A stretch of DNA of 64,000 nt from Camelus dromedarius. Its lineage: Eukaryota. Shown piece after piece: positions 21,219 through 35,307 of the stretch (positions are counted from its first letter, which is position 1; the number at the start of each line of letters is the position of its first letter). Below the pieces are notes generated by a model. The model saw only the letters and a program-made list of their open reading frames with translations. It did no database searches and had not been told where the DNA came from. Location of the stretch: positions 28,212,001 through 28,276,000 of the forward strand of contig NC_087436.1 of the NCBI RefSeq assembly GCF_036321535.1. Reading direction: 5' to 3'. The position numbers and the translations under genes are program-made.

Positions 21219-22971
21219 TTCATGATAGGCAAGGGTGAAGACAACTGAAGTGCTGAACCAACAGAAGAAGGGATACACAAGTGTGTTGTGTCCCTTTAAT
21301 GGAGTTTTATTTGGACATAAAATGGAATGAGATACTGATACATGCTACAACATAATGAACGTTGAAAACTCTATGCATAGTGAAAGGAGCCAGCCACCAA
21401 AGACCACATAATATAGTTCATTTCATCTGAAATTCCACAATAGAGAAATCCACAGAGTAGAGATAAAATGTCTGTGGCTTAAAACTTGAAACTGTAATCT
21501 AATCAGCTGTGATTTTATAGCTCCCTCTTGGTGGTAAGGAGGGTTTCCTCTCACCTTAATTTCCTCTGTAGATATCTGACCTGTAAGGGACAATTTTGTC
21601 CTTGTTTTATTTGTTTTATTAGCCCTTGCTATAAAACTGTGACTGTCTCTGGGATTTTTTTTCTCCAGTTGTTTTCAGATGATCTCTGACAACTTTTTTT
21701 TGAACATTCCTTATTAACCCTTCAGCCTTTCAAACTCCCACTGCAAAAGTTTAACAATACCTTGCTGGAATTATGTTAACTTCTGCTCTTACAGCTATAC
21801 ATTTTAAAATTGTTTTCTTTGTTTAAAAAGTGTAAAATCTTTAAAATGTAGTCATTAAACTATAAAATAAGTAATGTAAGTATATTTTAAATAAAATATG
21901 TAAAAATTACTTGATCATTTTTACTTCAAAAACTTCTGGTTTCTTTAAGAAGGTATTCCCACAAACACTGTAGACTCTTTTAAGTTAAAATAGCCCTTAA
22001 TGACATTATGATTTTATACTGATACTTAGCTAAGTGAGTTGTATTCTTTAGTAGGTGAGTTTATCATAGACAGGGGGAATTGGAGAGGAGATTTAAAAAA
22101 TAAAGGGATGAGTAACAGACTTGCTAAAAGAATAGCTTCTAGCTACCATCTATATTGGTGTAGATCTATATTGATCTGTATAAATAGCACAATCACATGT
22201 GAGATAGCATACTACAGGACATATGGTGGTCTATATCTTAATGTATGTAATGCCTAAAATAACTAATATCTTCCAAAATAAATTTTTAAATTTTGTATAA
22301 TGTAAATTGTTTTTGCATAGTTTTTTTTTCATTTGTAAGCTGGCAAAATGGTCTTATTTCTATTGTCACAATTTGTCTTTGGTTCATAGTAATATAAGTT
22401 AATTGAACTGCCTTCCTTGTATGATATAGATAAGTTGTTAATGGCTAGAATATATTTGAAACCCACGTTATTGTAACCTATTTGTGGGACTGTTCACATC
22501 AGTTATATTGCTGTTTTGACTCCTGCTGTTGACTGCTCCTTCTCAGTGCCCCAGATAGTGCCATCTCTTCATCTGCTTGCACCTTAAATAACTGTTTGCC
22601 AAACCTCTTTTCGCCTTATGAATTTTCTCTTTGTATTTAAAGCGTTTAGATGGCCTTCTGATTCAAAAAATTATATCTCTAGTCAAATCTAATAAAGTTA
22701 GAGTATTTATATATAGTTATTTATGTAGTATTTTATATAATTACAGAGTATTGATAAATATTTATAGAGTATATAAAGTTAGAGCAAGCTTATATTCTGT
22801 TCAAGCAATAAGGAATTGCCATTTCTCTGTAAAAAGAGTGTGGCATTGGGTAATGCTGTGAGAAAAAGAAAAATAAAGGAAATAAGGTAAAAAAATATAA
22901 AAAATAAATTACCATTTCTATAGGCAACAATGATAAAATCTGCAATTTCATATGGTTCAATCTAAAGCACA

Positions 22972-23283
22972 GCTTTCCAAAGGCTTTTGGAGAGAATCCT
23001 CTGCCTCTTCTAGCTTCTTGTGTCTCCAGGTGTTCTTTGGCTTAAAGCCATATAACTCCAATCTCTGTTTCCTTCTTCATTTGGTCTTCTTCCTCCCTCT
23101 GTGTCTTCTCTTCTTATAAAGACAACTGTTACTGGATTTAGGACGCACCCTGGTAACCTGGCATAATCTCATCTTGAGACCTTTAATTTAATTATACCTG
23201 CAAATACACTTTTTCCAACCAAGATCATGTTTATAAGTTCCTGGTAGACATATCTTTGGGGGGCTACCACTCAAATGACTATA
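22972..23283 (-). mobile_element. MaLR LTR fragment (MLT1B/C-like)
   Basis: 'gagaatcctctgcctcttctagcttc', 'cttataaagacaactgttactggatttagg', 'gacatatctttgggggct'. Confidence 0.85.
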
Positions 23284-23284
23284 G

Positions 23285-23362
23285 ATGCCATGTCTCCAAA
23301 GCCTAGGTAAAGCCAATAACAGAGTAAGAACCCAATAAATATTTGTTGAGTATATGAATAAT
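23285..23362 (+). mobile_element. LINE-2 3' tip
   Basis: 'tgtctccaaagcctagg...caataaatatttgttgagtatatgaat'. Confidence 0.65.
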
Positions 23363-24010
23363 ACATGAAACTCAGAATAGAGGAAAAATTCTCATGAGAG
23401 AAAATCTTGATGAGAGCTAGAGCACAGATAGTGGAGGTTGCTTTGGAATGAAGGGCTGCCTGTTTCTGGGGAGAAAGAACCAATGGGTATGTGCAGATAA
23501 GACACTGGAGGAAAACAGAAAGCTGACAGGATTAGTACTTTATAAATAATTATAAAATTATTAGCAAATGAAATGTTTTCCCTAATGTATATTTACAGTT
23601 CTAATTTCAGAGATTAGTGTAGAGGTTTTTGTTTGTATTGTTATTTTTTTAAGACCAGGAAATCAGTGTTCCTGCATCCATGACTATTCAACATAATTAT
23701 GTAGTGAAATACATACGTTTTTCAATTGTAACCACTAAATATAGGGAAATATTTTTAGGCCACGTACTTTCTTATTTTAGTTGTGCCTCCTTTAAATATG
23801 AAAAAGAAAAACAAAATCCTTATTTTTCCTGATATTACACTGATGGTTTGATCACTGTAGGAACCACCAAATCTGGCTTTAAAAACCAACCCAAAAGCTG
23901 CCTTTCCTAGTGCTCTTTTCAATGTCTGAATTTTTACTGACTGTCCTGTCTTCTGTGATTTCTTAGATTCAATATTTCTCCATTTGGCATTCATTCATCA
24001 CAGGGCCAGT

Positions 24011-24592
24011 TATATTAACACAATTTTTCATTTTCCGTGTTCTTAATGCTCTGGCATTTGGGACCTTAACAGACCCAAGAAGAGACTGCCACTCCTATGG
24101 CTAGCTGAGTCCTAAAGATAATAACAGCTTGCCTCTGAGCAAGCCTTCCGTCTACAAACCAGTCAGTCCTGAGTCTATAGCCCCAAACATCTCCTCATCG
24201 TTCTTTGTTCTTTCACACACCAAATCAACATACTATACCCAGCCCGAAATCATCCGAGGGCCAGGTACCAGATAACTAGAGACCACTCCTATAGGCCAAA
24301 GGCCGAAGGAAGTATTCAAACTAACCAGTGCCAAACTGTATACCCAGCCCTGCCTTGCATTTCCACAGAAACCCCAATACTAAAAGTTTTGATTTTGAGT
24401 TCCCCCTTGCTCCCGCTTCTGCCTCCTAACTAAACTGAGTGAATCCCTATTGTGCCCTCCGCAGTCTAGCAGGCCCCATTTCTTAGGAAACCCAAGCAAT
24501 AAATAAAAATCTTCCTTCGATGGCATTGATCTCTCATGTCATCACTCAGTCCCTCCATAAATTAAAATCCCCTGGGTACAAATTTTGGGACA
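24011..24592 (+). mobile_element. ERVL solo LTR (MER74-like)
   Basis: 'atgctctggcatttgggacctt', 'gggccaggtaccagataactagagacca', 'tattcaaactaaccagt', AATAAA near 24498, end 'ataaattaaaatcccctgggtacaaattttgggaca'. Confidence 0.8.
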
Positions 24593-27500
24593 TTCTGCCG
24601 TTCATTCTTCCTGAAATGAATTGATAATACCTGTAATATCAAATAATAATAAGTAGAATTATATAGGGCAGTGGAAGAAGAGATAATCTGAGGTGATTTG
24701 TCATAATAGTAATTAGAATTAGACTAGAATTAGACATTTTAGCCAAAACATTTCAAATACACTTTTAATCTATGGCATATTATATTTTGTGCTATGGGAA
24801 ATATTTTCAAGCTATTATTTAAATCTACCTCTCACCCCTTTCCCTCTCCCCCATTTCACCACCCTCTCTGTCATTTGAATTGGTGGCTGGCTTGGCTTGC
24901 TGTCAGGAGAGAAAATCAGGCAGCAGTGTGAGGCCCTATTGGGACTGTCAGTAAGAGAAATGTGATGGGGATGTCAGAAACTTTTTCTCTTCCTTAAAAT
25001 AATGTAGTAGAAGGCTTTTCACCTAGAAGATATATAAAACAACCATAAAGAGCAACACTGCGTGGACTATTCTCAAAATTTGCTTAATAAGAACTGGCAC
25101 AGCAGTACACTTCAGAGTTGTTGGAAAAAAATAACTTTTTGAAGGAAACAAAGCCAGATGAGGTAAGAAATGGTTTGGGAGGCCAATATTTCAAGAGTAT
25201 TGTGTCAACCTTCCTTGTATCTTACAGTAATAAGAAGAACTAAATGCAGTTACCTTAGTACACAAGGAAATATTCTACATTTAAAAATTTACTTCTCTTC
25301 ATGTATGTCTTGATTTGTCTCCTCTACATTTCCTCTTTAATCCTCTGTGTTGCTCTTGCAAACATTTATTTTAGATCATTGAAATGCGTGCTAGTTTCTT
25401 TTGTTACATAAGTTGACTTAAACTATAGTTGTTAAAGGAAGCTTCCAAAATTCTCTCATATGGTCGTTGTGTTGATTTTGAGAATGAAGATTCTTTGTCA
25501 CTCTGCTATTGAAGATAAGGAATGAAATCATTCTGTATGAATTTTCAATATAAATACTAAAAGTAGAAATCTGAAAAATAAAGTAGGAAACTGGATAGGT
25601 AATGAATAATTAAATAAATAGCAAGAGAAATAGAATAAGATTTTGATTAATGTTATTTCCACAGGTAATGTCATTTAGGTGATTAGATGGAGTTGTCACA
25701 GCTCAAATAAAAATATGCCCAAAGCAACTGTTTTCTGTAAGTGATGTTTCAGTGTCAACTAGAGCTGAATGTCTGATGTTGTGACATCACTTCAGGCGAT
25801 GTTTCATGAAGGACTGTAATAACATGGCAGCTTTGTGCAATCTTGAATCCCCTTAGGAAATTGGGTGTCAGGATGATGTGCATACAAGGTGGAAGTCAGA
25901 TTTTTCTCATGTCCAAGCTTACCAGTACTAGAAAAGGTTGTGCTAAAAATTTCAGCACAAAAATTGTAAAATGAATAAGGGGCATCTTAGAAGAATGTAA
26001 TTTGACAGTCACTTTTCTTAGTGAGTGATCCCAAATCATGTCACGTGTAACTATATTACATTGTTAGAGTCAAACAACGTGTTAAGAACTATCTAATTCT
26101 ACAAGGTAGCTAGCTACTAAATGACCTAAAGAAAAAGCAAATGTTCATCACCTCTGCCAGTTTACTTTAGGAAAAAATCATCTGTGCCTCACTGGACATG
26201 TGAATGTAAACGTCTGAAGACTGACCCTAAAAGGATTCATTCACTTAAATAAAAATAAAAATGAACAAACAAAAACTGTGCTTAATAGCAGAAAATGAAT
26301 AATAAGTGCTGACCAAAATCCAAAGGAAAGGAAGCAAACAGAACAAACCTATATACTTTTTAAAGAACACAGCCAGTGTTATTTTAAATTTGCTTAGCCA
26401 AGCCACTTGAGACTTTATTCTTTCTGTCGTCTCATTTTTCTCATTTATTCTGCCTGCCCTTGTGCTTTTTTCCCCCATGTGTTCTACACAAAATAAAAAA
26501 TATAAGATTCCTTTCCCCATATGTAAAGAAAAATCTACATGTACACATTTACTGCTATTTTCAGATCTTCTGCCTTCTCAGTTTTGCCCATAAAGAAGAT
26601 ACACTATTTGATCAGAGTGCATTCTTTTAATTTTATTTTTCCTCCAGCACCTGCACTCCAGTCTCTACTGATAACCACCTTCAGCTTATGATATACAGAA
26701 TGCTGCTGTGTTGCCCTAACAATGCAGTCGTTTGCTAATACCCTCTCTCCACAGTTCACTACATCTGCCTACAGACAGCTTCCACGCTCTCAGGTTCTAG
26801 CACATGATTGTTGGTAATTATCATTCCAGAAGCTGATCTGTAATATCAGTACCAATCCTGATGATGATGATAATCATCTACATGTGAGGATGTCAGACTA
26901 AACCATATCTTCCTTTGCCCTCTAGTCTGCTTCCCCTTGGTGTTATTGCAGTATTTTTCTTAGGATCTATTTCCTTTTACAGATCACCTCCATGATTATA
27001 GGTAGTGCTTACTTTATTGGTGTTAGTAATTAGAGTTAGTTGCTTTTGAAAGCTTTTCAAAATGGCAATTTCTATGTGTATTTAAATACTATCTCATCCT
27101 GCCCAAAGTTATTTTAGAATGCTGCTCGATGAGAGTTCCCTGAATACAGTGGTGAAAAACTCAGAAGCCTAAGTGGTATTTTGTACTACAGGATTTAGTG
27201 CTTTTCATGCCTGTAGGCAAAAATCTCCACAAACTTTTCTTGGATGAAAGCATTTGAGAAGTTGAAATTGCTCAAGGAGCACTTTCTGCGTGCTAGAAGG
27301 GGATTTGGAGGTTTCTAAAAGCTAAGAAAAGCCTAAAATCTGTTCTGAAAATTTTATATCTTCTCTCTTACATAAATTCTTCTTTAAGTTCTCAGTGTGT
27401 TTTTTATTGCATAGATCTGTTTTTACTTTTATAGGTAAAAGTAAAATGCATCTATATTAATTAATTCCAAGAATAGAAATTTGTAGAATTGTTGCATTCT

Positions 27501-27635
27501 ATATAGAACAGCCAATTGTCCATATTCACTGGTTAATTGTCCATTTGAATTTTCTAGCGGCAGTTCTTCCCAAGGTATCAAGAAATCAATGTTCACTTAA
27601 TTTTTTATCTGTAAAATAGGCTATAGCCCATTAGC

Positions 27636-27660
27636 AAAAAAAAAAAAAAAAAAAAAAAGA
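27636..27660. repeat. Poly(A) tract (~A23) within a degenerate MIR-like segment
   Basis: Uninterrupted A-run; flank 'tcacttaattttttatctgtaaaatagg' is MIR-like. Confidence 0.85.
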
Positions 27661-27721
27661 ACTTAAATGATGAATTTGTACACTGTAACTAGGATACCTT
27701 GATACACATACACAAATACAC

Positions 27722-28192
27722 AGATTAGGCTAAATAATGGCCCCAAATGTTCATGTCCTAATCTCCATAACCTGTGAATATATATTAGTTTACATGGCAA
27801 AAGGACTTTGAGGATGTATCTAAATTAAGGATTTTGATTATCCTGGATTATTTGGATTATCTGGATGGGCCCATTATAATTAAGAGTCTTTGTGAAGGGA
27901 AGCATGAGTGTCAATAGAGAAGGAGGTATGAAAATGAAAGCAAAGTCAGAGAGGGTTTGGAGATGCTATGCTACTGGCTTCAAATATGATAGAACCACAA
28001 GCCAAGGAATTTAGGCAGCCTCTAGAAACTAGAAGTATAAGGAAATGGATTCTCTCCTAAAGCCTTGAGAGTGGATGCATTGCATCCTTGCAGACTCATT
28101 TTAGATTTCTGTCCTCAAGAAAATAAATTGGTGTTGCTTTAAGCCACTAAGTTTACAGCAATTTGTTACAGGAACAATAGATAATATATACA
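27722..28192 (+). mobile_element. MaLR solo LTR (MLT1D-like)
   Basis: 'aataatggccccaaatgttcatgtcctaatc', 'tacatggcaaaaggactttg', 'ccacaagccaaggaatttaggcagcctctagaa', 'ttaagccactaagtt'. Confidence 0.9.
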
Positions 28193-29134
28193 TGTATGTA
28201 CATATATACAAATATACACTTGTCTGTGTGTGTGTTTATCAACAGACTAAGGGTTCAAACACAAAGAAAGCAAAGCAGGTCTTGCCAGGATTAGCATCCT
28301 GGTTCCTTGTCCTTTGGACTTTAAAAATTATCTGGGTGGTGCAAGCAATGGCAAGCATTAAATTTGGTTTAAGGGGACAAAGACTGGTAGCAACATAATG
28401 CACAATTTAATGAAATTACCATTGCAAGGAAGATATTACAAAAGATGCATTTAATTTATCACAGTTATGTGTTTCTTTTTCTTTTTCTGAATTTCAAAAT
28501 ACAACAAAGACAGTGATAATCAGGAATGTAAGGAAATGTCACCCATAAATATGTGCCACCAGAGAACTAAGTGATGACAAAACAAACCTTTTTTAACTTT
28601 AAAAATAATTTTGACATTGACATTGTTGTATTATATATTCAAAATAATTGTTTAGTTAAAAAGGAAACATCTTTTCATCTTCCACATGTTTTTCTCTTTT
28701 TTCCCCTAAATCATAAGTTTCTCATTCTTTGGATCTCCCATGAGATTCAACTTTCAATCTATTTTGTTTAATATATATTTGGTTTTTTTTAGGTAAAATA
28801 TTTAATAAGATAATTTCTGAACTCTGAAAACATGAGCAAAATGATTTTCAGATTTTTCAAAACTAAATGATGCTCTTGGCTGATTTAGAATTCTGTATAA
28901 AAACTTTCCCTCTTCTAGACTTGATAAATATTGTTCTATACTATTCTGTATTTGTACTTGAAAAGGGAGAGTATGATATTTTGCATTACCCTTTGTTAGA
29001 AATTCTGCTTTTCTGCCTAGGTTTACCTATGATTTTTAAAAATCTTTTACTGATATTAAAAACCTTAAGATAAGGTTATACATTTTGAAATGGAACAAAC
29101 CAGTTATGTTTATACATGGAATACTTTCTCTTAG

Positions 29135-29432
29135 ACATATACATTCCCTCCATCACATTGTCCAGCCTTGGCCTTAATATTGCATTTTTAAGCAGATCTT
29201 CCCTGACCATATGGTTTAAAAGTGGAAATGAACATTTTCTACTTCCAGCATTTTTTAAGTTATTTTCTCCTTAGCATTTATTATTTTCTAATATATAATT
29301 TACTAACGTATCATATCTGCCTTTACTAGCATTTAAGCTCCATGGAGGTAGGAAATTTGATCTGTTTTGTTCATGGACATATTTTCAATAACTAGGATAT
29401 TTATTGAATAAATGAGTACATGATGGATGAAT
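29135..29432 (+). mobile_element. LINE-2 3' end
   Basis: 'cttccctgacca', 'actagcatttaagctccatggaggtagg...tctgttttgttca', 'atttattgaataaatga'. Confidence 0.8.
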
Positions 29433-30784
29433 TTGTAAATTTCTTAATTATATTTTTCTTGCATTGCTTGAATACTATTGATCTGAAGACTTAAATCTTC
29501 AGGTCATGGAAGTTTTCTTTCTATTATTTCACTGTTTTTTAAATACATCAAGGGACCTTAAAGTGCCCTTTCATCTGAAATATTTTTTTTCATAGAGTTG
29601 GTATAAATTTTTTCTATTTGTGTGTAAATATTTCAGTATGAGGATTTGTAATGCGGTCTAAGATTTTTGGATTTATTCTGACTTGATTACAGTCAAAGAG
29701 ACCAAAATGATGTTTACATTTACTGGATTATATTTTGTTAATCCAGGTACCAGTTGACCTGCAGATGATCAAAGAATGAGTCAGAGCTAAAGTCAGTCAG
29801 TGCCTGATTTTTCACATCTTTGCTCTTTGTTTGTCATGAATCTAATGAGTTAGGTGAAACAACGATCCAGTTATTTTCCTGGCTCAGGTTTTCAAGCTCA
29901 AAATAAGCTATAGCAGTGGGGCCAGTTCTATTCTTGTTAGCTAACCTAGTGAACTACAAACGTGGAGTAAAATTCCCATCACTTCACCACTATGTATAGT
30001 TGGGTTCTCATGAAGTTCTTAAAGATCATACTGAAATCCATGTATGATCTAAAACTACTCTGTGACCTCTCTACTTGGTTTCTAAAGAGGGCTCTTTCTC
30101 ATATTTTGGACTAATCTTCATCTCAAACACAGGTTTTAGGATTGAGACTCCAGTATAATTTCTTTAAATGATAAATATCTCAAATTTGTGTCATGTGGTT
30201 TTTCAACATTTCCTAGTTAGTATGGACATTTTTCTTGTCTATTTTTTTCAACTCTAATCATAATTACAATAGACATCTTGTAGCTGCATGTGCTCATGTC
30301 AAAGCTAATGACAAGCAAATAGAAATGCAAGTATGCAAGTGTATGAAATTTTCTAGTTTAGCTTAAGTATTTTAAAGACACAATCCTAATCTGGAAAATT
30401 ATATCAAACTATGTCTACATAGGATGACCTTGAGAATAGTTATTTTTTGTGGAATTAATTCTATAATAGATCTTCAAACTTGTTTTTGTTGACTTTCAAA
30501 ACCATTTTGGTTTATCTCTTTTCTTTTTCAATCTGGTATATTTAACCATTTTCCTAAAATATTTTAAATTTCTACCCAAATTCTTGAAAATGAAAACCTA
30601 ATAGTTGCTATATTTATTATTTTCAGATATAAGATCTATTTATATATGTTTTCTCAAATTTGTAAAATATGATTTTCTAAATTCTTACCATGACTGGTAT
30701 TTCCTTTGATCCCTATTAGAGACCCAATCATAAAAATTTTTTCACCAGAAATATTAAATGTTGATTCAAACAGCTGAACATAAG

Positions 30785-30912
30785 TTCATATGCTATTTTG
30801 TGATTTGATACAAGTCACTTAATCTCTGAACTTTAGTTTTCTTATTTGTAAAATGTACAGATTTAACTAGATAATATAAAAGCTTCATTCAAACATTAAA
30901 AACTCATAACTT
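30785..30912 (+). mobile_element. MIR/MIR3 SINE
   Basis: 'tgtgatttgatacaagtcacttaatctctgaactttagttttcttatttgtaaaatg'. Confidence 0.75.
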
Positions 30913-33021
30913 TCTTGTCACTTACTAATTCTTTTTTTGTTGGATGGAATTAAGCTAAAAATAAAAGTCCTTTTACACTGTGATGCATGGGAATGTAAGA
31001 TTTTTATAATTAATCTTGACAACATTAATGCAAATGAGAAGGAAAAGAAATGTTTTTAGATGAGTATGGATTTTTTTTTTTAAATCAGACTTACAAAAGG
31101 AAAGATTCATAAAATGGAGAAATAAAAAAATAAATCCAAAGATTTATATGAGCTCCAGAAGATGTATTTGATAAGAAGAAGGATGTCTAGAAGGGACTGG
31201 GGTTTGTAAGAAATGCCAACAAAAACATATAGCTATTTTTTTTGTGTTGGTTTCTCTTTATTTGATGATTAGAGAAAGAATGTGCTCTGTCTAGATATTG
31301 TTTTGTTAAAAGACGACTGCCAAAACAGACTTTTAGGGTCTTTCATCTCCATTAAGAAAAATGATCTTCAAGCTGGAGACTTAAGTCTTAAAAGAAATTG
31401 AGCTTCAAAATATTTTGCTACACACACACATGCACACACTCACATACACGTTTGCCCATGCACACAAAGCTGAAACAACTGTAAGAACAGTTAGATATTA
31501 TAATACACTGGCAGCCACCATGCCCTAATAAACTTCCAATCTTGCAGCCCAGATAAAAACAACAACAATAAACAAGACAAAACAAAAAACTACCATCTGC
31601 TAACTCAGCCTTTAGAACTAGCCCTGATGTCAGTCCACTTACTAGGCTTTTATTTACCCTAGGCTACAACTTGTTGTTCAATAGAAAGGCACCCTTGTGA
31701 CTGATTTCACTGTGATCTTGAATCTCCATTCTCAAAATCATGTGTTGTGAATAGGCTGCTATGCCAAACTCTCTATGCCAGCAAGTACCTACTTAATGTG
31801 TATGAAGCCATGAAAGTAAAAATCATGTATGCTTGCCTTAAAAGCAAACTAAACTATCTCATCTCTAGAAACTTCTGCTTTATCTTCACTACTAATTTTT
31901 AAGAAAGAAGTAGGAAAAAAAGAATATCAAAGTAATATTTCAGGTGGCATTTTGGCATTCTTGAAGCATCTTTCTGGAGTGGGGAATACTATTGTATAGT
32001 TACATGTAACTTTAGGCAAAGTGTTTTGCCTGGGTCAAAACCTGGATTCACAATAGTAGGTGACATACACCCCCTTTAAGGTTTATTTATTAGTTTCTCT
32101 TCTCAGCAACATATTTAAGTAAGCATTGGAGAATCTCAGAATTTTCTCTGTTCATGCAAAATATTCTCAATCATTAATAGTAAAACACTGATTAATTCCT
32201 TTCCAGTAATTCTCAATTAATATTATTAGGACCCATCTACCTGTGAACTCTTGGAAAAATATATAGGTCACTATCTCTCCCCTCCACTTCTTTTTTTTCT
32301 TTTTTGTATTTAGTGGATGGGATCCAGGGAAGTTAAGTAATTTATAAAATGTACAAAAATATAAAGAAGAACTGCTTTCTCAATTTTCTTAATTTCCCAA
32401 CTTCTCTTAGTTTCCTTAATTCAGTTGGAAGCCCCTTATGACTAAAATCAATGTAAAGTATATATAATCTTGTGTTATATGCGGAATTAAAATTAAAGAA
32501 TATGGTACCCTAAGTAACATCTTCCCAAGTTTTTGAAATTTAGAAACTGAGCGGATAACTAAGGGAACATGAAATATAGTCATGACCGTATTTTGATACA
32601 GGAATTGTAAAGTGCGATCATGCTCTTTTAAAACTGCCTTTTCAGAGATGTTATAATGTGTTACAAAGCTCTTGAATCTGACTAGGTTGGGCAAATCTTT
32701 TGTTCTTAGGTACTTTTTCTTTAAATAACTTAAAAGCTATAAAAAAAGATTCTGTCATGCCCTATAAATTGAGAGGGTTGGACCTGCAGGATCTAAAGTC
32801 TCTGCTGACTGTAAGATCCTATGCTCGTCACTTAACATAGCAGTGGCCAGTAGTGGACTTAAAAAAAGGAGAGGGGGAGAGGATAATAAATGTACTTCAA
32901 ATGAGGGAAAAGGAAAGCTTAGGGAAATTAAAAAAGACATAAAGTGAATATTTTATCCTTAGTTTGGTATTAAGATCTTAATGGCTTTTTGTCTGACTTC
33001 CTTTGTAACTATTTACATTAT

Positions 33022-33122
33022 AATTAGATTGTAAGTTCACTGAGAGCAATGTCTCTAAATGTTAGTATTTCCTTTACTTCGCTACAGTCAGGACATTTAA
33101 TAAATGTTTGTCAAAATAAACT
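33022..33122 (+). mobile_element. LINE-2 3' tip
   Basis: 'ttagattgtaagttcactgagagca...atttaataaatgtttgtcaaaataaa'. Confidence 0.65.
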
Positions 33123-33474
33123 GAACTCTGTTTATAAAAGTTAATTCACTAAGTTTTTACTTTGAGAAAAGGTCTTTAGGAAAACTTATAATACCATTAA
33201 TCACTTTGCATTCTTTTTTGACAAAGAATGTTTTTGTAGTGTTTTAACGGGTTTTACTTTTAAATTGATGTGGTCTATCTTTTTATCAGCAACGCTTTCT
33301 GAAAATGGAACCCATCGTAGAGATGGTATATGTGCTCTTTACCAACAGCTAACCTTCACTCCAGTGTACTCTGTAGTATTATAGCAGTTTTGGACATACA
33401 CTTGAGTGCTCATTCAAAAAAAAAAAATTCTCTTAGCAATATATGAGTTAGAAAAAACAAATAAACATTACCTA

Positions 33475-33896
33475 GTGGGATGGACAGAATGTTCCCCCCT
33501 AAAAATGTCCATGGCTTAATCCCTGGAACCTGTGAATATATTACATTACATGACAAAAGGGACCTTGTAGATGTAATTTAGATCATAGACCTTAAAATAG
33601 GGAAAGTAGTTTGGATCATCCAGGTGACTCCAATCTAACTATATGAGCGTTTAAAATCAGATAATTTCCTCTAGTTGGAGGCAGAAAAGATAGTGGAAGA
33701 GAGAAGTCAGAGAAATTCTAAGTGTGAGAAAATAAGACCTGCCTTTGTTGGCTGTGAGATGCGGGGTCTTGTTTGCAAGGACTAAAGAGAGGCCTCTAGG
33801 AATTAAAAGTAGCCTCCAGCTGATAGCTGGGAAGAAAATGGTGACCACCATACTATAACCAATTCGATTCAGCCAACAACTTGAATGCCCTTGGAC
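33475..33896 (+). mobile_element. MaLR LTR, 3'-truncated (MLT1E-like)
   Basis: 'taatccctggaacctgtgaatatattacattacatgacaaaagggac', 'gaccttaaaataggg', 'gaggcctctagga', 'cagccaacaacttgaatg'. Confidence 0.85.
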
Positions 33897-35307
33897 ACTG
33901 AAAAAGGTATATCCTAAACTCAGACTACATTCACTTTCACCTTTAAGTATACAGGATGCACTTTGCCCGATAGCCTCAAAAATGCCTGCAGATAGTAGGT
34001 ATTAACTACATCTGCTGAATAGAACCAAATGATTATATCTTCCATGAAAATAACACTGATTATAATATCTGACATTTGATATATACTAGAAATGTTATAT
34101 TAGCATCCTCCTTCTATGTAAATACCCCAAGTGCAATTAATGCCATTCATTGCTATACTGGTACTGTTTTTATATGAATGTAGTACCAGAAACTCATTGC
34201 TCAGTTTGCCCTTTAATGTCAGGTAAATCACAGTATTACTGAGAAAATAGCTTAGATCAAAGAAAGCCAAAACATTCAAGTCAATTAATTCATGAACTTC
34301 AATAGCCTGTGGATGGTGAGTCTCTAATTTATTTTAAAATGTGACAGTTGAAGCAAAAGTACGCTGGTTTAGAAAGTTGTACGTGTGAAGCATTAGTTGA
34401 AAGAAACACAGATTTTGACTGAAGCACCAATTTTGGAATACTTTAAAACTCCATTCAGCTGTATTAGAAAGATAAATGAACAAAGAAAAATAAATGAAGG
34501 GAAAATATAAATTAAGAAAATATCTGATAAAGTAAAAGAATTAAACTTCACTGTTGTAATATTTTCAGATTCTGTTTTATGTGTATTAGAGTAGACAAGA
34601 AGTTGTATTATTCATCAAAAGTGAAAGGCATTGAATTAAAATTAATAAGCCATAATGCTCCTTATTGGGTTCATGCTTTAGAAGTTTAATGCAATAGCAA
34701 TTGAATGGACATTTTCTATGAATAAAGGAAGAGAATTATTATTCAAAGCCATATGTTAAGGGCCACTTCAGTGCTACCAATTCTCAACTCTGTGTTAAAG
34801 AAAGAAAGTTTAAAAGACAAAAGTTTTATTACCTTACTAATTTCTCATGTAATAATATGGTCTAGTCATTTGAAATGCAAATGCAAATATTGCATGGTTG
34901 ACTTTAGAAGTTACATCTTTAAAATAAGGATAAATAATTCCATTTGAATGTTTTCATCTAAAAATAAACAGTGTACAATATCAAAATACCTTTAGTATTT
35001 ATAGTGATACGTATCCTGTGTTTTATTGCAGATAAACTTTTGAAATATTGAACCTACAGGATGGGGGACGGGAAGGTTTTGTGTAACTTAGGATCTTGGT
35101 CCATGTCAGTAGAACAAGAGACTTTTCAGGATATGTTGTTTACATATGACTCATAATGAGAGGGAGGAAAGCAAGGGTAACATGATCAAAGGTTCTCAGC
35201 AGGTCTGTACAGAGAGATCTTGGTAAAGTTCTAGATTGAGAATTCTGTGGTTGGCAATGTTGAAAACACATTAGAAAATTGTGTCAGAGCTGATTAATAT
35301 AGGGAAG

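Larger units (their letters stand above)
19590..21480 (+). mobile_element. L1MB/MC-type LINE-1, 3' part of ORF2 and 3' UTR
   Basis: 'ggaagacttaatattgttaaaatggcaata', 'caagggactcaagtagccaaaacaatcttg', 'ttcaacaaatggtgctagg', 'tactgatacatgctacaaca'; ORF 20739-20927 resembles ORF2 (YDKGFVSRRYKELLQ). Confidence 0.9.

Noticed and set aside
23755..23994. Minus-strand ORF containing LKRALGKAAFGLVFKARF, reminiscent of a protein-kinase Gly-rich loop
   Set aside because: GxGxxG is imperfect (GKAAFG), no VAIK/VAVK lysine motif follows, there is no polypyrimidine acceptor, and no other kinase subdomain is visible. Most likely chance; a TBLASTN/Pfam search would settle it.
25740..25880. TGATG/CTGA words suggesting a C/D box snoRNA
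   Set aside because: The C box is imperfect, spacing is too short and there is no terminal stem or evident rRNA guide.
27636..27660. Long A-runs (also ~35731, ~36978, ~54998, ~61890) as tails of processed pseudogenes
   Set aside because: No upstream mRNA-like sequence, poly(A) signal or TSD could be identified.
32416..32694. 92-aa minus-strand ORF in unique sequence
   Set aside because: Non-ATG start, no convincing splice sites and no recognisable domain.
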